From positions 1,984,001 through 2,048,000 of the forward strand of contig CM082590.2 of the NCBI GenBank assembly GCA_040954595.2: a stretch of DNA of 64,000 nt. The letters run 5' to 3'. The stretch comes from Balanoglossus misakiensis. Taxonomy: Eukaryota > Animalia > Hemichordata. The notes beneath the pieces are model-generated. The model had not been told where the DNA came from and did not search any database. It worked only from the letters and a program-made list of their open reading frames with translations. Each line of letters opens with the position of its first letter. Positions within the stretch are counted from its first letter, which is position 1. A program made the position numbers and the translations under genes. Of this stretch, positions 12,451 to 26,400 are shown one piece after another.

Positions 12451-15400
12451 ATGATTTTGTTCACATGAATTATATTGCTGTCAGGACATAACCCAAATAT
12501 TTTGATAATTTTGGCAATGACCCTTGATCTACTTGGATATGTCTCTTGTTAAAAGCACAACAGTCATGATTTTGTTCACATGAGTTTTATTGCTTCCAGG
12601 ACATAACCCAAATAGTTTGATAATTTTGGCAATGACCCTTGATCTACTTGGATATGTCGCTAGTTAAAAAGCACAACAGTCATGATTTTGTTGACATGAG
12701 TTTTATTGCTGCCAGGACATAACCCAAATAATTTGATAATTTTGGCAATGACTCTTGATCTACTTGGATATGTCTCTTGTTAAAAAGCACATCAGTCATG
12801 ATTTTGTTCACATGAGTACTACTGCTGCCGGGACATAACCCAAATATTTTGATAATTTTGGCAATGACTCTTGATCTACTTGGATATGTCTCTTGTTAAC
12901 AATCACAACAGTCTTGATTTTGTTCACATGAGTTTTATCGCTGCCAGGACATAACCCAAATATTTTGATAACTTTGGCAATGACCCTTAATCTACTTGGA
13001 TATGTCTCTTGTCAAAAAGCACAACAGTCTTGATTTTGTTCACATGAGTTTTATTGCTGCCATGACATAACCCAAATATTTTGATAATTTTGGCAATGAC
13101 CCTTGATCTACTTGGATATGTCTCTTGTTAAAAAGCACATCAGTCATGATTTTGTTTACATGAGTTTTATTGCTGCCAGGACATAACCCAAATATTTTTA
13201 TAATTTTGGCCATGGCCCTTGATCTTCTTGGATATGTGTCTTGATAAAAAGCACAACAGTCATGATTGTGTTCAAATGAGTTTTATTGCTGCCAGGACTT
13301 AACCCAAATATTTTGATAATTTTGGCAATGACTCTTGATCTACTTGGATATATCTCTTGTTAAAAAGCACAACAGTCATGATTGTGTTCACATGAATTCT
13401 ATTGCTGTCAGGACATAACCCAAATATTTTGATAATTATGGCAATGACTCTTGATCTACTTGGACATGTCTCTTGTTAAAAAGCACAACAGTCTTGATTT
13501 TGTTCACATGAGTTTTATCGATGCCAGGACATAACCCAAATATTTTGATAATTATGGCAATGACCCTTGATCTACTTGGATATGTCTCTTGTTAAAAAGC
13601 ACAACAGTCATGATTGTGTTCACACGAGTTTTATTGCTGCCAGGACATAACCCAAATTTTTTGATAATTTTGGTAATGACCCTTGATCTACTTGGATATG
13701 TCTCTTGTTAAAAAGCACAACAGTCATGCTTGTGTTCACACGAGTTTTATTGCTGCCAGGACATAACCCAAATATTTTAATAGTTATGGCAATGACTCTT
13801 GATCTACTTGGATATGTCTCTTGATAAAAAGCACAACAATCATGATTGTTTTCATATGACTACTATTGCTGCCAGGACATAACTCAAATATTTTGATAAT
13901 TTTGGCAATGACCCTTGATCTTCTTGGATATGTCTCTTGTTAAAAAGCACAACAGTCATGCTTGTGTTCACACGAGTTTTATTGCTGCCAGGACATAACC
14001 CAAATATTTTGATAATTTTGGCAATGACCCTTGATCTACTTGGATATGTCTCTTGTTAAAAAGCACATCAGTCATGATTTTGTTAACATGAGTTTTATTG
14101 CTGCCAGGACATAACTCAAATATTTTGATAATTTTGGCAATGACCCTTGATCTACTTCGATATGTCTCTTGATAAAAAGCACAACAGTCATGATTGTGTT
14201 CACACGAGTTTTATTGCTGCCAGGACATAACCCAAATATTTTGATAATTATGGCAATGATCCTTGAACTACTTGGATATGTCTCTTGATAAAAAGCCCAA
14301 CAGTCATTATTTTGTTCACATGAGTTTCATTGCTGCCAGGACATAACCCAAATATTTTGATAATTATGGCAATGACCCTTGAACTACTTTGATATGTCTC
14401 TTGATAAAAAGCCCAACAGTCATTATTTTGTTCACATGAGTTTTATTGCTCCCATGACATAACCCAAATATTTTGATAATTTTGGCAATGACCCTTGAAC
14501 TACTTGGATATGTCTCTTTTTAAAAAGCACAACAGTCATGATTTTGTTTGCGTGACTACTATTGCTGCCAGGACATAACTCAAATATTTTGATAATATTG
14601 GCAATGACCCTTGATCTACTTGTATATGTCTCTTGTTAAAAAGCAAATCAGTCATGATTTTGTTAACATGAGTTTTATTGCTGCCAGGACATATACGAAA
14701 TATTTTGATAATTATGGCAATGACCCTTGATCTACTTGGATATGTCTCTTGTTAAAAAGCACAACAGTCATGATTGTGTTCACACGAGTTTTATTGCTGC
14801 CAGGACATAACCCAAATTTTTTGATAATTTTGGTAATGACCCTTGATCTACTTGGATATGTCTCTTGTTAAAAAGCACAACAGTCATGCTTGTGTTCACA
14901 CGAGTTTTATTGCTGCCAGGACATAACCCAAATATTTTGATAGTTATGGCAATGACTCTTGATCTACTTGGATATGTCTCTTGATAAAAAGCACAACAAT
15001 CATGATTGTTTTCATATGACTACTATTGCTGCCAGGACATAACTCAAAAATTTTGATAATTTTGGCAATGACCCTTGATCTTCTTGGATATGTCTCTTGT
15101 TAAAAAGCACAACAGTCATGCTTGTGTTCACATGAGTTTTATTGCTGCCAGGACATAACCCAAATATTTTGATAATTTTGGCAATGACCCTTGATCTACT
15201 TGGATATGTCTCTTGTTAAAAAGCACATCAGTCATGATTTTGTTAACATGAGTTTTATTGCTGCCAGGACATATACCAAATATTTTGATAATTTTGGCAA
15301 TGACCCTTGATCTACTTCGATATGTCTCTTGATAAAAAGCACAACAGTCATGATTGTGTTCACACGAGTTTTATTGCTGCCAGGACATAACCCAAATATT

Positions 15401-18400
15401 TTGATAATTATGGCAATGATCCTTGAACTACTTGGATATGTCTCTTGATAAAAAGCCCAACAGTCATTATTTTGTTCACATGAGTTTCATTGCTGCCAGG
15501 ACATAACCCAAATATTTTGATAATTATGGCAATGACCCTTGAACTACTTTGATATGTCTCTTGATAAAAAGCCCAACAGTCATTATTTTGTTCACATGAG
15601 TTTTATTGCTCCCATGACATAACCCAAATATTTTGATAATTTTGGCAATGACCCTTGAACTACTTGGATATGTCTCTTTTTAAAAAGCACAACAGTCATG
15701 ATTTTGTTTGCGTGACTACTATTGCTGCCAGGACATAACTCAAATATTTTGATAATATTGGCAATGACCCTTGATCTACTTGTATATGTCTCTTGTTAAA
15801 AAGCAAATCAGTCATGATTTTGTTAACATGAGTTTTATTGCTGCCAGGACATATACGAAATATTTTGATAATTATGGCAATGACCCTTGATCTACTTGGA
15901 TATGTCTCTTGTTAAAAAGCACAACAGTCATGATTGTGTTCACACGAGTTTTATTGCTGCCAGGACATAACCCAAATTTTTTGATAATTTTGGTAATGAC
16001 CCTTGATCTACTTGGATATGTCTCTTGTTAAAAAGCACAACAGTCATGCTTGTGTTCACACGAGTTTTATTGCTGCCAGGACATAACCCAAATATTTTGA
16101 TAGTTATGGCAATGACTCTTGATCTACTTGGATATGTCTCTTGATAAAAAGCACAACAATCATGATTGTTTTCATATGACTACTATTGCTGCCAGGACAT
16201 AACTCAAAAATTTTGATAATTTTGGCAATGACCCTTGATCTTCTTGGATATGTCTCTTGTTAAAAAGCACAACAGTCATGCTTGTGTTCACATGAGTTTT
16301 ATTGCTGCCAGGACATAACCCAAATATTTTGATAATTTTGGCAATGACCCTTGATCTACTTGGATATGTCTCTTGTTAAAAAGCACATCAGTCATGATTT
16401 TGTTAACATGAGTTTTATTGCTGCCAGGACATATACCAAATATTTTGATAATTTTGGCAATGACCCTTGATCTACTTCGATATGTCTCTTGATAAAAAGC
16501 ACAACAGTCACGATTGTGTTCACACGAGTTTTATTGCTGCCAGGACATAACCCAAATATTTTGATAATTATGGCAATGATCCTTGAACTACTTGGATATG
16601 TCTCTTGATAAAAAGCCCAACAGTCATTATTTTGTTCACATGAGTTTTATTGCTGCCAGGACATAACCCAAATATTTTGATAATTATGGCAATGACCCTT
16701 GAACTACTTTGATATGTCTCTTGATAAAAAGCCCAACAGTCATTATTTTGTTCACATGAGTTTTATTGCTCCCATGACATAACCCAAATATTTTGATAAT
16801 TTTGGCAATGACCCTTGAACTACTTGGATATGTCTCTTTTTAAAAAGCACAACAGTCATGATTTTGTTTGCGTGACTACTATTGCTGCCAGGACATAACT
16901 CAAATATTTTGATAATATTGGCAATGACCCTTGATCTACTTGTATATGTCTCTTGTTAAAAAGCAAATCAGTCATGATTTTGTTAACATGAGTTTTATTG
17001 CTGCCAGGACATATACCAAATATTTTGATAATTTTGACTGACCCTTGATCTACTTGGATATGTCTCTTGATAAAAAGCACAACAGTCATGATTGTGTTCA
17101 CATGAGTTTTATTGCTGCCAGGACATAACCCAAATATTTTGATAATTATGGCAATGATCCTTGAACTACTTGGATATGTCTCTTGATAAAAAGCCCAACA
17201 GTCATTATTTTGTTCACATGAGTTTTATTGCTGCCAGGACATAACCCAAACATTTTGATAATTATGGCAATGACCCTTGAACTACTTTGATATGTCTCTT
17301 GATAAAAAGCCCAACAGTCATTATTTTGTTCACATGAGTTTTATTGCTCCCATGACATAACCCAAATATTTTGATAATTTTGGCAATGACCCTTGAACTA
17401 CTTGGATATGTCTCTTTTTAAAAAGCACAACAGTCATGATTTTGTTTGCGTGACTACTATTGCTGCCAGGACATAACTCAAATATTTTGATAATCCTGGC
17501 AATGACCCTTGATCTACTTGTATATGTCTCTTGTTAAAAAGCAAATCAGTCATGATTTTGTTAACATGAGTTTTATTGCTGCCAGGACATATACCAAATA
17601 TTTTGATAATTTTGACTGACTCTTGATCTACTTGGATATGTCTCTTGATAAAAAGCACAACAGTCATGATTGTGTTCACATGAGTTTTATTGCTGCCAGG
17701 ACATAACCCAAATATTTTGATAATTATGGCAATGATCCTTGAACTACTTGGATATGTCTCTTGATAAAAAGCCCAACAGTCATTATTTTGTTCACATGAG
17801 TTTAATTGCTGCCAGGACATAACCCAAATATTTTGATAATTTTGGCAATGACCCTTGAACTACTTGGATATGTCTCTTGATAAAAAGCCCAACAGTCATT
17901 ATTTTGTTCACATGAGTTTTATTGCTGCCAGGACATAACCCCAATATTTTGATATTTATGGCAATGACCCTTGAACTACTTTGATATGTCTCTTGGTAAA
18001 AAGCCCAACAGTCATTATTTTGTTCACATGAGTTTTATTGCTCCCATGACATAACCCAAATATTTTGATAATCTTGGCAATGACCCTTGAACTACTTGGA
18101 TATGTCTCTTTTTAAAAAGCACAACAGTCATTATTTTGTTCACATGAGTTTTATTGCTGCCAGGACATAACCCAAATATTTTGATAATTTTGGCCATGAC
18201 CCTTGATCTACTTGGATATGTCTCTTGTTAAAAAGCACAACAGTCATGATTTTGTTAACATGAGTTTTATTGCTGCCAGGACATATACCAAATATTTTGA
18301 TAATTTTGGCAATGACTCTTGATCTACTTGGCTATGTCTCTTGTTAAAAAGCACAACAGTCATTATTTTGTTCACACGAGTTTTATTGCTGCCAGGACAT

Positions 18401-21400
18401 AACCCAAATATTTTGATAATTTTGGCAGTGACCCGTGATCTACTTGGATATGTCTCTTGATAAAAAGCACAACAGTCATGATTGTGTTCACACGAGTTTT
18501 ATTGCTGTCAGGACATAACCCAAATATTTTTATAATTTTGGCCATGACCCTTGATCTACTTGGATATGTCTCTTGTTAAAAAGCACAACAGTCATGATTT
18601 TGTTTACGTGACTACTATTGCTGCCAGGACTTAACCCAAATATTTTGATAATTTTGTCAATGACCCTTGATCTACTTGGATATGTCTCTTGTTAAAAAGC
18701 AAATCAGTCATGATTTTGTTAACATGAGATTTATTGCTGCCAGGACATATACAAATATTTTGATAATTTTGGCAATGACTCTTGATCTACTTGGATATGT
18801 CTCTTGTTAAAAAGCACAACAGTCATTATTTTGTTCACATGAGTTTTATTGCTGCCAGGACATATACCAAATATTTTGATAATTTTGGCAATGACCCTTG
18901 AACTACTTGGATATGTCTCTTGTTAAAAAGCACAACAGTCATTATTTTGTTCACATGAGTTTTATTGCTGCCAGGACATAACCCAAATATTTTGATAATT
19001 TTGGCAGTGACCCTTGATCTACTTGGATATGTCTCTTGTTAAAAAGCACAACAGTCATGATTGTGTTCAGACGAATTTTATTGCTGCCAGGACATAGCCC
19101 AAATATTTTTATAATTTTGGCCATGACCCTTGATCTACTTGGATATGTCTCTTGTTAAAAAGCACAACAGTCATGATTTTGTTTACGTGACTACTATTGC
19201 TGCCAGGACATAACCCAAATATTTTGATAATTTTGGCAATGACCCTTGATCTACTTGGATATGTCTCTTGCTAAAAAGCACAACAGTCATGATTGTGTTC
19301 ACACGAGTTTTATTGCTGCCAGGACATAACCCAAATATTTTTATAATTTTGGCCATGACCCTTGATCTACTTGGATATGTCTCTTGTTAAGAAGCACAAC
19401 AGTCATGATTTTGTTTACGTGACTACTATTGCTGCCAGGACTTAACCCAAATATTTTGATAATTTTGGCAATGACCCTTGATCTACTTGGATATGTCTCT
19501 TGATAAAAAGCACAACAGTCATGATTGTGTTCACACGAGTTTTATTGCTGTCAGGACATAACCCAAATATTTTTATAATTTTGGCCATGACCCTTGATCT
19601 ACTTGGATATGTCTCTTGTTAAAAAGCACAACAGTCATGATTTTGTTTACGTGACTACTATTGCTGCCAGGACTTAACCCAAATATTTTGATAATTTTGG
19701 CAATGACCCATGATCTACTTGGATATGTCTCTTGATAAAAAGCACAACAGTCATGATTGTGTTCACATGAGTTTTATTGCTGCCAGGACATAACCCAAAT
19801 ATTTTGATAATTTTGGCAATGACCCTTGATCTACTTGGATATGTCTTTTGTTATAAAGCACATCAGTCATGATTTTGTTGACATGAGTTTTATTGCTGCC
19901 AGGACATATACCAAATATTTTGATAATTTTGGCAATGACTCTTGATCTACTTGGATATGTCTCTTGTTAAAAAGCACAACAGTCATTATTTTGTTCACAT
20001 GAGTTTTATTGCTGCCATGACATAACCCAAATATTTTGATAATTTTGGCAATGACCCTTGAACTACTTGGATATGTCTCTTGTTAAAAAGCACAACAGTC
20101 ATTATTTTGTTCACATGAGTTTTATTGCTGCCAGGACATAACACAAATATTTTGATAATTTTGGCAATGACACTTGATCTACTTGGATATGTCTCTTGTT
20201 AAAAAGCACCACAGTCATTATTGTGTTCACATGAGTTTTATTGCTGCCAGGACATAACCAAAATATTTTGATAATTTTGGCAATGACCCTTGATCTACTT
20301 CGATATGTCTCTTGTTAAAAAGCACAACAGTCATGATTGTGTTCAGACAAATTTTATTGCTGCCAGGACATAGCCCAAATATTTTGATAATTTTGGCAAT
20401 GACCCTTGAACTACTTGGATATGTCTCTTGTTAAAAAGCACAACAGTCATTATTTTGTTCACATGAGTTTTATTGCTGCCAGGACATAACACAAATATTT
20501 TGATAATTTTGGCAATGACACTTGATCTACTTGGATATGTCTCTTGTTAAAAAGCACCACAGTCATTATTGTGTTCACATGAGTTTTATTGCTGCCAGGA
20601 CATAACCCAAATATTTTGATAATTTTGGCAGTGACCCTTGATCTACTTGGATATGTCTCTTGTTAAAAAGCACAACAGTCATGATTGTGTTCAGACGAAT
20701 TTTATTGCTGCCAGGACATAGCCCAAATATTTTTATAATTTTGGCCATGACCCTTGATCTACTTGGATATGTCTCTTGTTAAAAAGCACAACAGTCATGA
20801 TTTTGTTTACGTGACTACTATTGCTGCCAGGACATAACCCAAATATTTTGATAATTTTGGCAATGACCCTTGATCTACTTGGATATGTCTCTTGCTAAAA
20901 AGCACAACAGTCATGATTGTGTTCACACGAGTTTTATTGCTGCCAGGACATAACCCAAATATTTTTATAATTTTGGCCATGACCCTTGATCTACTTGGAT
21001 ATGTCTCTTGTTAAGAAGCACAACAGTCATGATTTTGTTTACGTGACTACTATTGCTGCCAGGACTTAACCCAAATATTTTGATAATTTTGGCAATGACC
21101 CTTGATCTACTTGGATATGTCTCTTGATAAAAAGCACAACAGTCATGATTGTGTTCACACGAGTTTTATTGCTGTCAGGACATAACCCAAATATTTTTAT
21201 AATTTTGGCCATGACCCTTGATCTACTTGGATATGTCTCTTGTTAAAAAGCACAACAGTCATGATTTTGTTTACGTGACTACTATTGCTGCCAGGACTTA
21301 ACCCAAATATTTTGATAATTTTGGCAATGACCCATGATCTACTTGGATATGTCTCTTGATAAAAAGCACAACAGTCATGATTGTGTTCACATGAGTTTTA

Positions 21401-22734
21401 TTGCTGCCAGGACATAACCCAAATATTTTGATAATTTTGGCAATGACCCTTGATCTACTTGGATATGTCTTTTGTTATAAAGCACATCAGTCATGATTTT
21501 GTTGACATGAGTTTTATTGCTGCCAGGACATATACCAAATATTTTGATAATTTTGGCAATGACTCTTGATCTACTTGGATATGTCTCTTGTTAAAAAGCA
21601 CAACAGTCATTATTTTGTTCACATGAGTTTTATTGCTGCCATGACATAACCCAAATATTTTGATAATTTTGGCAATGACCCTTGAACTACTTGGATATGT
21701 CTCTTGTTAAAAAGCACAACAGTCATTATTTTGTTCACATGAGTTTTATTGCTGCCAGGACATAACACAAATATTTTGATAATTTTGGCAATGACACTTG
21801 ATCTACTTGGATATGTCTCTTGTTAAAAAGCACCACAGTCATTATTGTGTTCACATGAGTTTTATTGCTGCCAGGACATAACCAAAATGTTTTGATAATT
21901 TTGTCAATGACCCTTGATCTACTTCGATATGTCTCTTGTTAAAAAGCACAACAGTCATGATTGTGTTCAAATGAGTTTTATTGCTGCCAGGACTTAACCC
22001 AAATATTTTGATAATTTTGGCAATGACTCTTGATCTACTTGGATATGTCTCTTGTTAAAAAGCACAACAGTCATTATTTTGTTCACATGAGTTTTATTGC
22101 TGCCATGACATAACCCAAATATTTTGATAATTTTGGCAATGACCCTTGAACTACTTGGATATGTCTCTTGTTAAAAAGCACAACAGTCATTATTTTGTTC
22201 ACATGAGTTTTATTGCTGCCAGGACATAACACAAATATTTTGATAATTTTGGCAATGACACTTGATCTACTTGGATATGTCTCTTAATAAAAAGCACCAC
22301 AGTCATTATTGTGTTCACATGAGTTTTATTGCTGCCAGGACATAACCAAAATATTTTGATAATTTTGGCAATGACCCTTGATCTACTTCGATATGTCTCT
22401 TGTTAAAAAGCACAACAGTCATGATTGTGTTCAAATGAGTTTTATTGCTGCCAGGACTTAACCCAAATATTTTGATAATTTTGGCAATGACTCTTGATCT
22501 ACTTGGATATGTCTCTTGTTAAAAAGCACAACAGTCATGATTGTGTTCACATGAGTTTTATTGCTGCCAGGACATATACCAAATATGTTGATAATTTTGG
22601 CAATGACCCTTGAACTACTTGGATATGTCTCTTGTTAAAAAGCACAACAGTCATTATTTTGTTCACATGAGTTTTATTGCTGCCAGGACATAACCCAAAT
22701 ATTTTGATAATTTTGGCAATGACCCTTGATCTAC

Positions 22735-24970
22735 TTGGATAAGTCTCTTGTTAAAAAGCACAACAGTCATGATTTTGTACACATTAGTTTTATTGCTGCC
22801 AGGACATAACCCAAATATGTTTATAATTTTGGCAATGACCCTTGATCTACATTTCCAAAACTTGGTATGCACAGCTTTTAAATTTAGAGGACCGGAAAAC
22901 CTAATGAAGTACATGTATTAACCTGAACACAATAATTATGTATATAAGCTATTTAAAGTTAACCAATAAAGCGTTGAAGTCTGCTTTTTGCTGGACACTG
23001 ATCAGTTTGATATCAAATTTTGTTGGCACAATTTTGCATGACCTCTGGCGTACTTTACCATTTCTTGGCATCCACAATAGATACAGCCTTTGCTTTCTGT
23101 TGGAACCATGCTAACCACTTTGGCCACTCCAATGCTGCTTATAGTTGGGTCTTCTTCATGGCGGCCATGTTGGATTTTCTGATAATCTCTAAAAGTTGAC
23201 ATTTTTTTCTAAACTGCAGGGTCAATCAAGTTTTAATTTACTGACCGTTCCAATTTTTTTTTCAATTATATTAATAGTGGTTATGTGAATTTGGATTCAT
23301 TATGGATTTTTTTCAAAAATCTCATGAAAAATTTCCAAAATCTTTTTTAATCAAGCTTTCAAGTGAATTGTGATTGGTTAAACCTTATTGAAGCCAAATT
23401 GGATTGTCTGAAGTCCGATTAAAAACTAAAATTTCCTATTTCAAGGCTACTGAATGATAGCACACCAATCCTTTTTATGGATACGAGTCACCATAAGATC
23501 AGAATATGTTAAAAAATTTTGTCAACTTTCACATGTCCTTTCATCCATTTTTTTCAACACTTAATTATACAATTTTTTTGCAACTTTCATTCATCTTTTG
23601 ATCCAGATCTTTCAGAACTTAATTCTACGTTGGTATGCCTCTTGTTAAAAAGCACAACAGTCGTGATTTTGATCACATGAGTACTATTGCTGGCAGGACA
23701 TAACCCAAATATTTTGATAATTTTGGCAATGACCCTTGATCTACATTTCCAAAACTTGGTATGCACAGCAGATACAGCTGTTAAATTTAGAGGACCGGAA
23801 CACCTAATGAAGTACATGTATTAAAGGCACGTAAGCTGTAACTTTTGGGATAATTTTCATAATTTTTGTTTCACACTGCACTACCATTAGTCCATGCAGA
23901 TGAAGGCAGTGAACTATACACAAGCATTATAAACCCTAAATATGAGTGCATATGCAAGTTTTAACCAGATAAATAATAAAGCTTTGCCGCAAGCGATTAT
24001 GGCCGCTACCGTGGGAAAATGAAAGAAACAATGAAAATGTCGCATTTCCGGTTGTGAAACTTCATAAACAAAACATGATCTCATCCACTGGAGCTCATGG
24101 AAGTAAATGTACACCACTGAGACATCAGATTTTCATTTTCATTGCAATATTGCACTTTTTTAAAAATTTCAGGAATTTTCGTTTTTCTTTAATCTTTGGC
24201 CATTTTGTCATAAATAAGTGTTGAGCTTGATATATTATCATATAGCATTTAATAGATATAATTAAAAGCATATATGAGATTATTTAAAACATTGATTTTT
24301 TATCCAGTTGCAGCTTACGTGCCTTTAACCTTAACACAATAATTATGTATATAAGCTATTTAAAGTTAACTAATAAAGCGTAGAAGTCTGCTTTTTGTTG
24401 GACACTGATCAGTTTGGTATCAAATTTTGTTGGCACATTTTGCATCACCTCTAGCTTACTTTACCATTTCTAGGCATCCACAACAGATACAGCCTTTGCT
24501 TTCTGTTGGAACCATGCTAACTGCTTTGGTCCTTCCAATGCTACTTTTAGTTTTAATTGTCTTCTTCATGGTGGCCATATTGGATTTTCTAATAAGCTTT
24601 AAAAGTTGAAATTTTCATAATCTACAGGGCCAATCAAGTTCTAATTTACTGTGCGATTGAAAGTTTGACAAAAATATCATTAGTGGTCATGTGACTTTTG
24701 GCGCCTTATGGATTTTTTAAAAATCTCATTAAAAAACTTCAAAAATCTTTTTCTAATCTAGTTTTCAAGTGAATTGTGATTGGTTAAACCTTATTGGAGC
24801 CAAATTGGATTTTCTGAACAACGATTTAAAACTAAGATTTCTTATTTCTGGCCTACTCATTAATTATTCGTGGATATGCCTCTTGTTGAAAAGCACAATG
24901 GTGATGATTTTTTTCACACGAATAGTACTGCTGCCAGGACATAACCCAAATATTTTGATAACATTGGCAT
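22735..24970. repeat. Diverged ~0.9-kb tandem unit (one satellite-A monomer plus ~780 bp of non-satellite DNA), two copies plus a third monomer
   Basis: 'gatctacatttccaaaacttggtatgcacagc' at ~22844 and ~23738; shared downstream sequence (ttggacactgatcagttt, gtgaattgtgattggttaaaccttattg); isolated monomers at ~23631-23745 and ~24871-24970. Confidence 0.85.
23825..24324. mobile_element. 500-bp MITE with TTAA target duplication (Kolobok-like, AGG...CCT termini)
   Basis: TIRs aggcacgtaagctgtaact / agttgcagcttacgtgcct (18/19 match); TTAA at 23821-23824 and 24325-24328; the paralogous copy has the empty site catgtaTTAAcc at 22918-22921. Confidence 0.92.
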
Positions 24971-25720
24971 TGAACTTTGTCCTAAGTTTGGCACCTGTAT
25001 TCTTTTCTGAATATCTTATGGCGCCTAGACTAATAGCACTAGAGGTTTGGTTTTTGATGTATATGGACAAGTATGGGACTTAGCTTTTTTGTTACATTTG
25101 GAATCCACTGGACCAATGTTGAGCTCATTAAATATGTGAATATCTAATGCTGAGCTTACCTATATTGTTACAGGTTGAATTTTGTATGAACATGCTCTAC
25201 TATTGGACTTAATCTGAATTTCTTGACCAATGATAACCTTATAAATATGTGCTTACGTAATTGTAGACAAGACAATGAAGCTTTGAGTCTGGGTTTTCTT
25301 GAACGTTCACCAGTATGCGATCACATTTTTTCTGACATTTTTGTTAGCTTTGGTTACCTTTAACCTATTTTCCCTGCTGATAACACCTTCAAATTTTGAG
25401 GGCTGGAACACCTAATTACCAGGTTAACCAATAGAGCCAGAAGTCTTGTTTTTCATTTTACGCTGATTATTTTGGAAGAAAAAAATTGTTGACAATTTTG
25501 GGTGAGCTCTTGGTGACCTTTGATCAGCTTTCCTATTTACATAGCAGATACAGCATTGGCACTCTCTGGTATCCATAGGAACTGCTTTGACCTAGCCAAT
25601 GTTGGTTTCACCTTAATTGCACCGCAGTATGTTGGTTTGGGCGGGCTTGCCACATTAATCCTATCATTATCATTGATTTTATTGATTTCATGTTTTTAAT
25701 TCTTTCATTCTTTTTTTTTT

Positions 25721-26350
25721 CTGTAGGTCCCACCGGTACTCTTCTTCTTCTCTCTCTCTCTTTCTTTTTTTCTTTTTTCCTCTTCTTTCTTTTCTCTTTT
25801 TTTTTCTTTTTTCCCTGTAGGCCCCAATGGTAACACCATAATCAACCTACTAACGTAAAATTTGATGGATGGAGAGGCAGAGTGTCAACCATAGTCAACC
25901 TACTAATATAAACTTTGATGGATGGATGGAGCGGAGCGTCAACCATAGTCAACCTACTAATATAAACTTTGATGGATGGATGGAGGCGGAGCGTCAACCA
26001 TAGTCAACCTACTAATATAAACTTTGATGGATGGATGGATGGAGGGGAGCGTCAACCATGGTCAACCTACTAAAATATAAACTTTGATAGATGGATGGTG
26101 CCGCGGAGCGTCAACTTAAATGATGGAGAAGTGGAAGGATGGAGAAGTGGAGTTTTTTTCTCTGTTTTTTCCTCTTTTTTTCTGTAGGGCTCACTGGTAA
26201 CACCATAATCAACCTACTAACGTAAAATTTGATGGATGGATGAAGCGGCGTGTCAACCATAGTCAACCTACTAATATAAACTTTGATGGATGGATGGGAC
26301 GGAGCGTCAACCTAAAGGATGGAGAAGTGGAAGAATGGAGAAGTGGAGTT
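25721..26350. repeat. Compound minisatellite: ~50-55-bp units with (GGAT)n plus pyrimidine tracts, nested duplication
   Basis: Unit gtcaaccatagtcaacctactaatataaactttgatggatgga...ggagc repeated about 7 times; block header ctgtagg...ggtaacaccataatcaacc at ~25815 and ~26182; T/C tract 25738-25814. Confidence 0.88.
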
Positions 26351-26400
26351 TCAACATAATATCCTATTGACCGAAATTATTAGTTAGAGTAATATAGACA

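Larger units (their letters stand above)
1..22850. repeat. Satellite A: tandem array of a 116-bp monomer (roughly 135 copies), interrupted by 3 LINE copies and a small insert; open at the left edge
   Basis: Consensus ggacataacccaaatattttgataattttggcaatgacccttgatctacttggatatgtctcttgttaaaaagcacaacagtcatgattttgttcacatgagttttattgctgcca; 'ccagg' anchor at 35, 151, 267 gives a 116-bp period; the array ends at 'gatctac|atttccaaaac' near 22850. Confidence 0.97.

Noticed and set aside
1-22850. Regular repeats as a CRISPR array
   Set aside because: Head-to-tail monomers with no unique spacers, no cas genes, and a eukaryotic context (introns, LINEs).
405-25083. ORFs within satellite A and its edge (405-707, 16856-17101, 17434-17820, 22663-22914, 23587-23817, 24769-25083)
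   Set aside because: Translations of repeat monomers; 116 is not a multiple of 3 and stops occur in most units.
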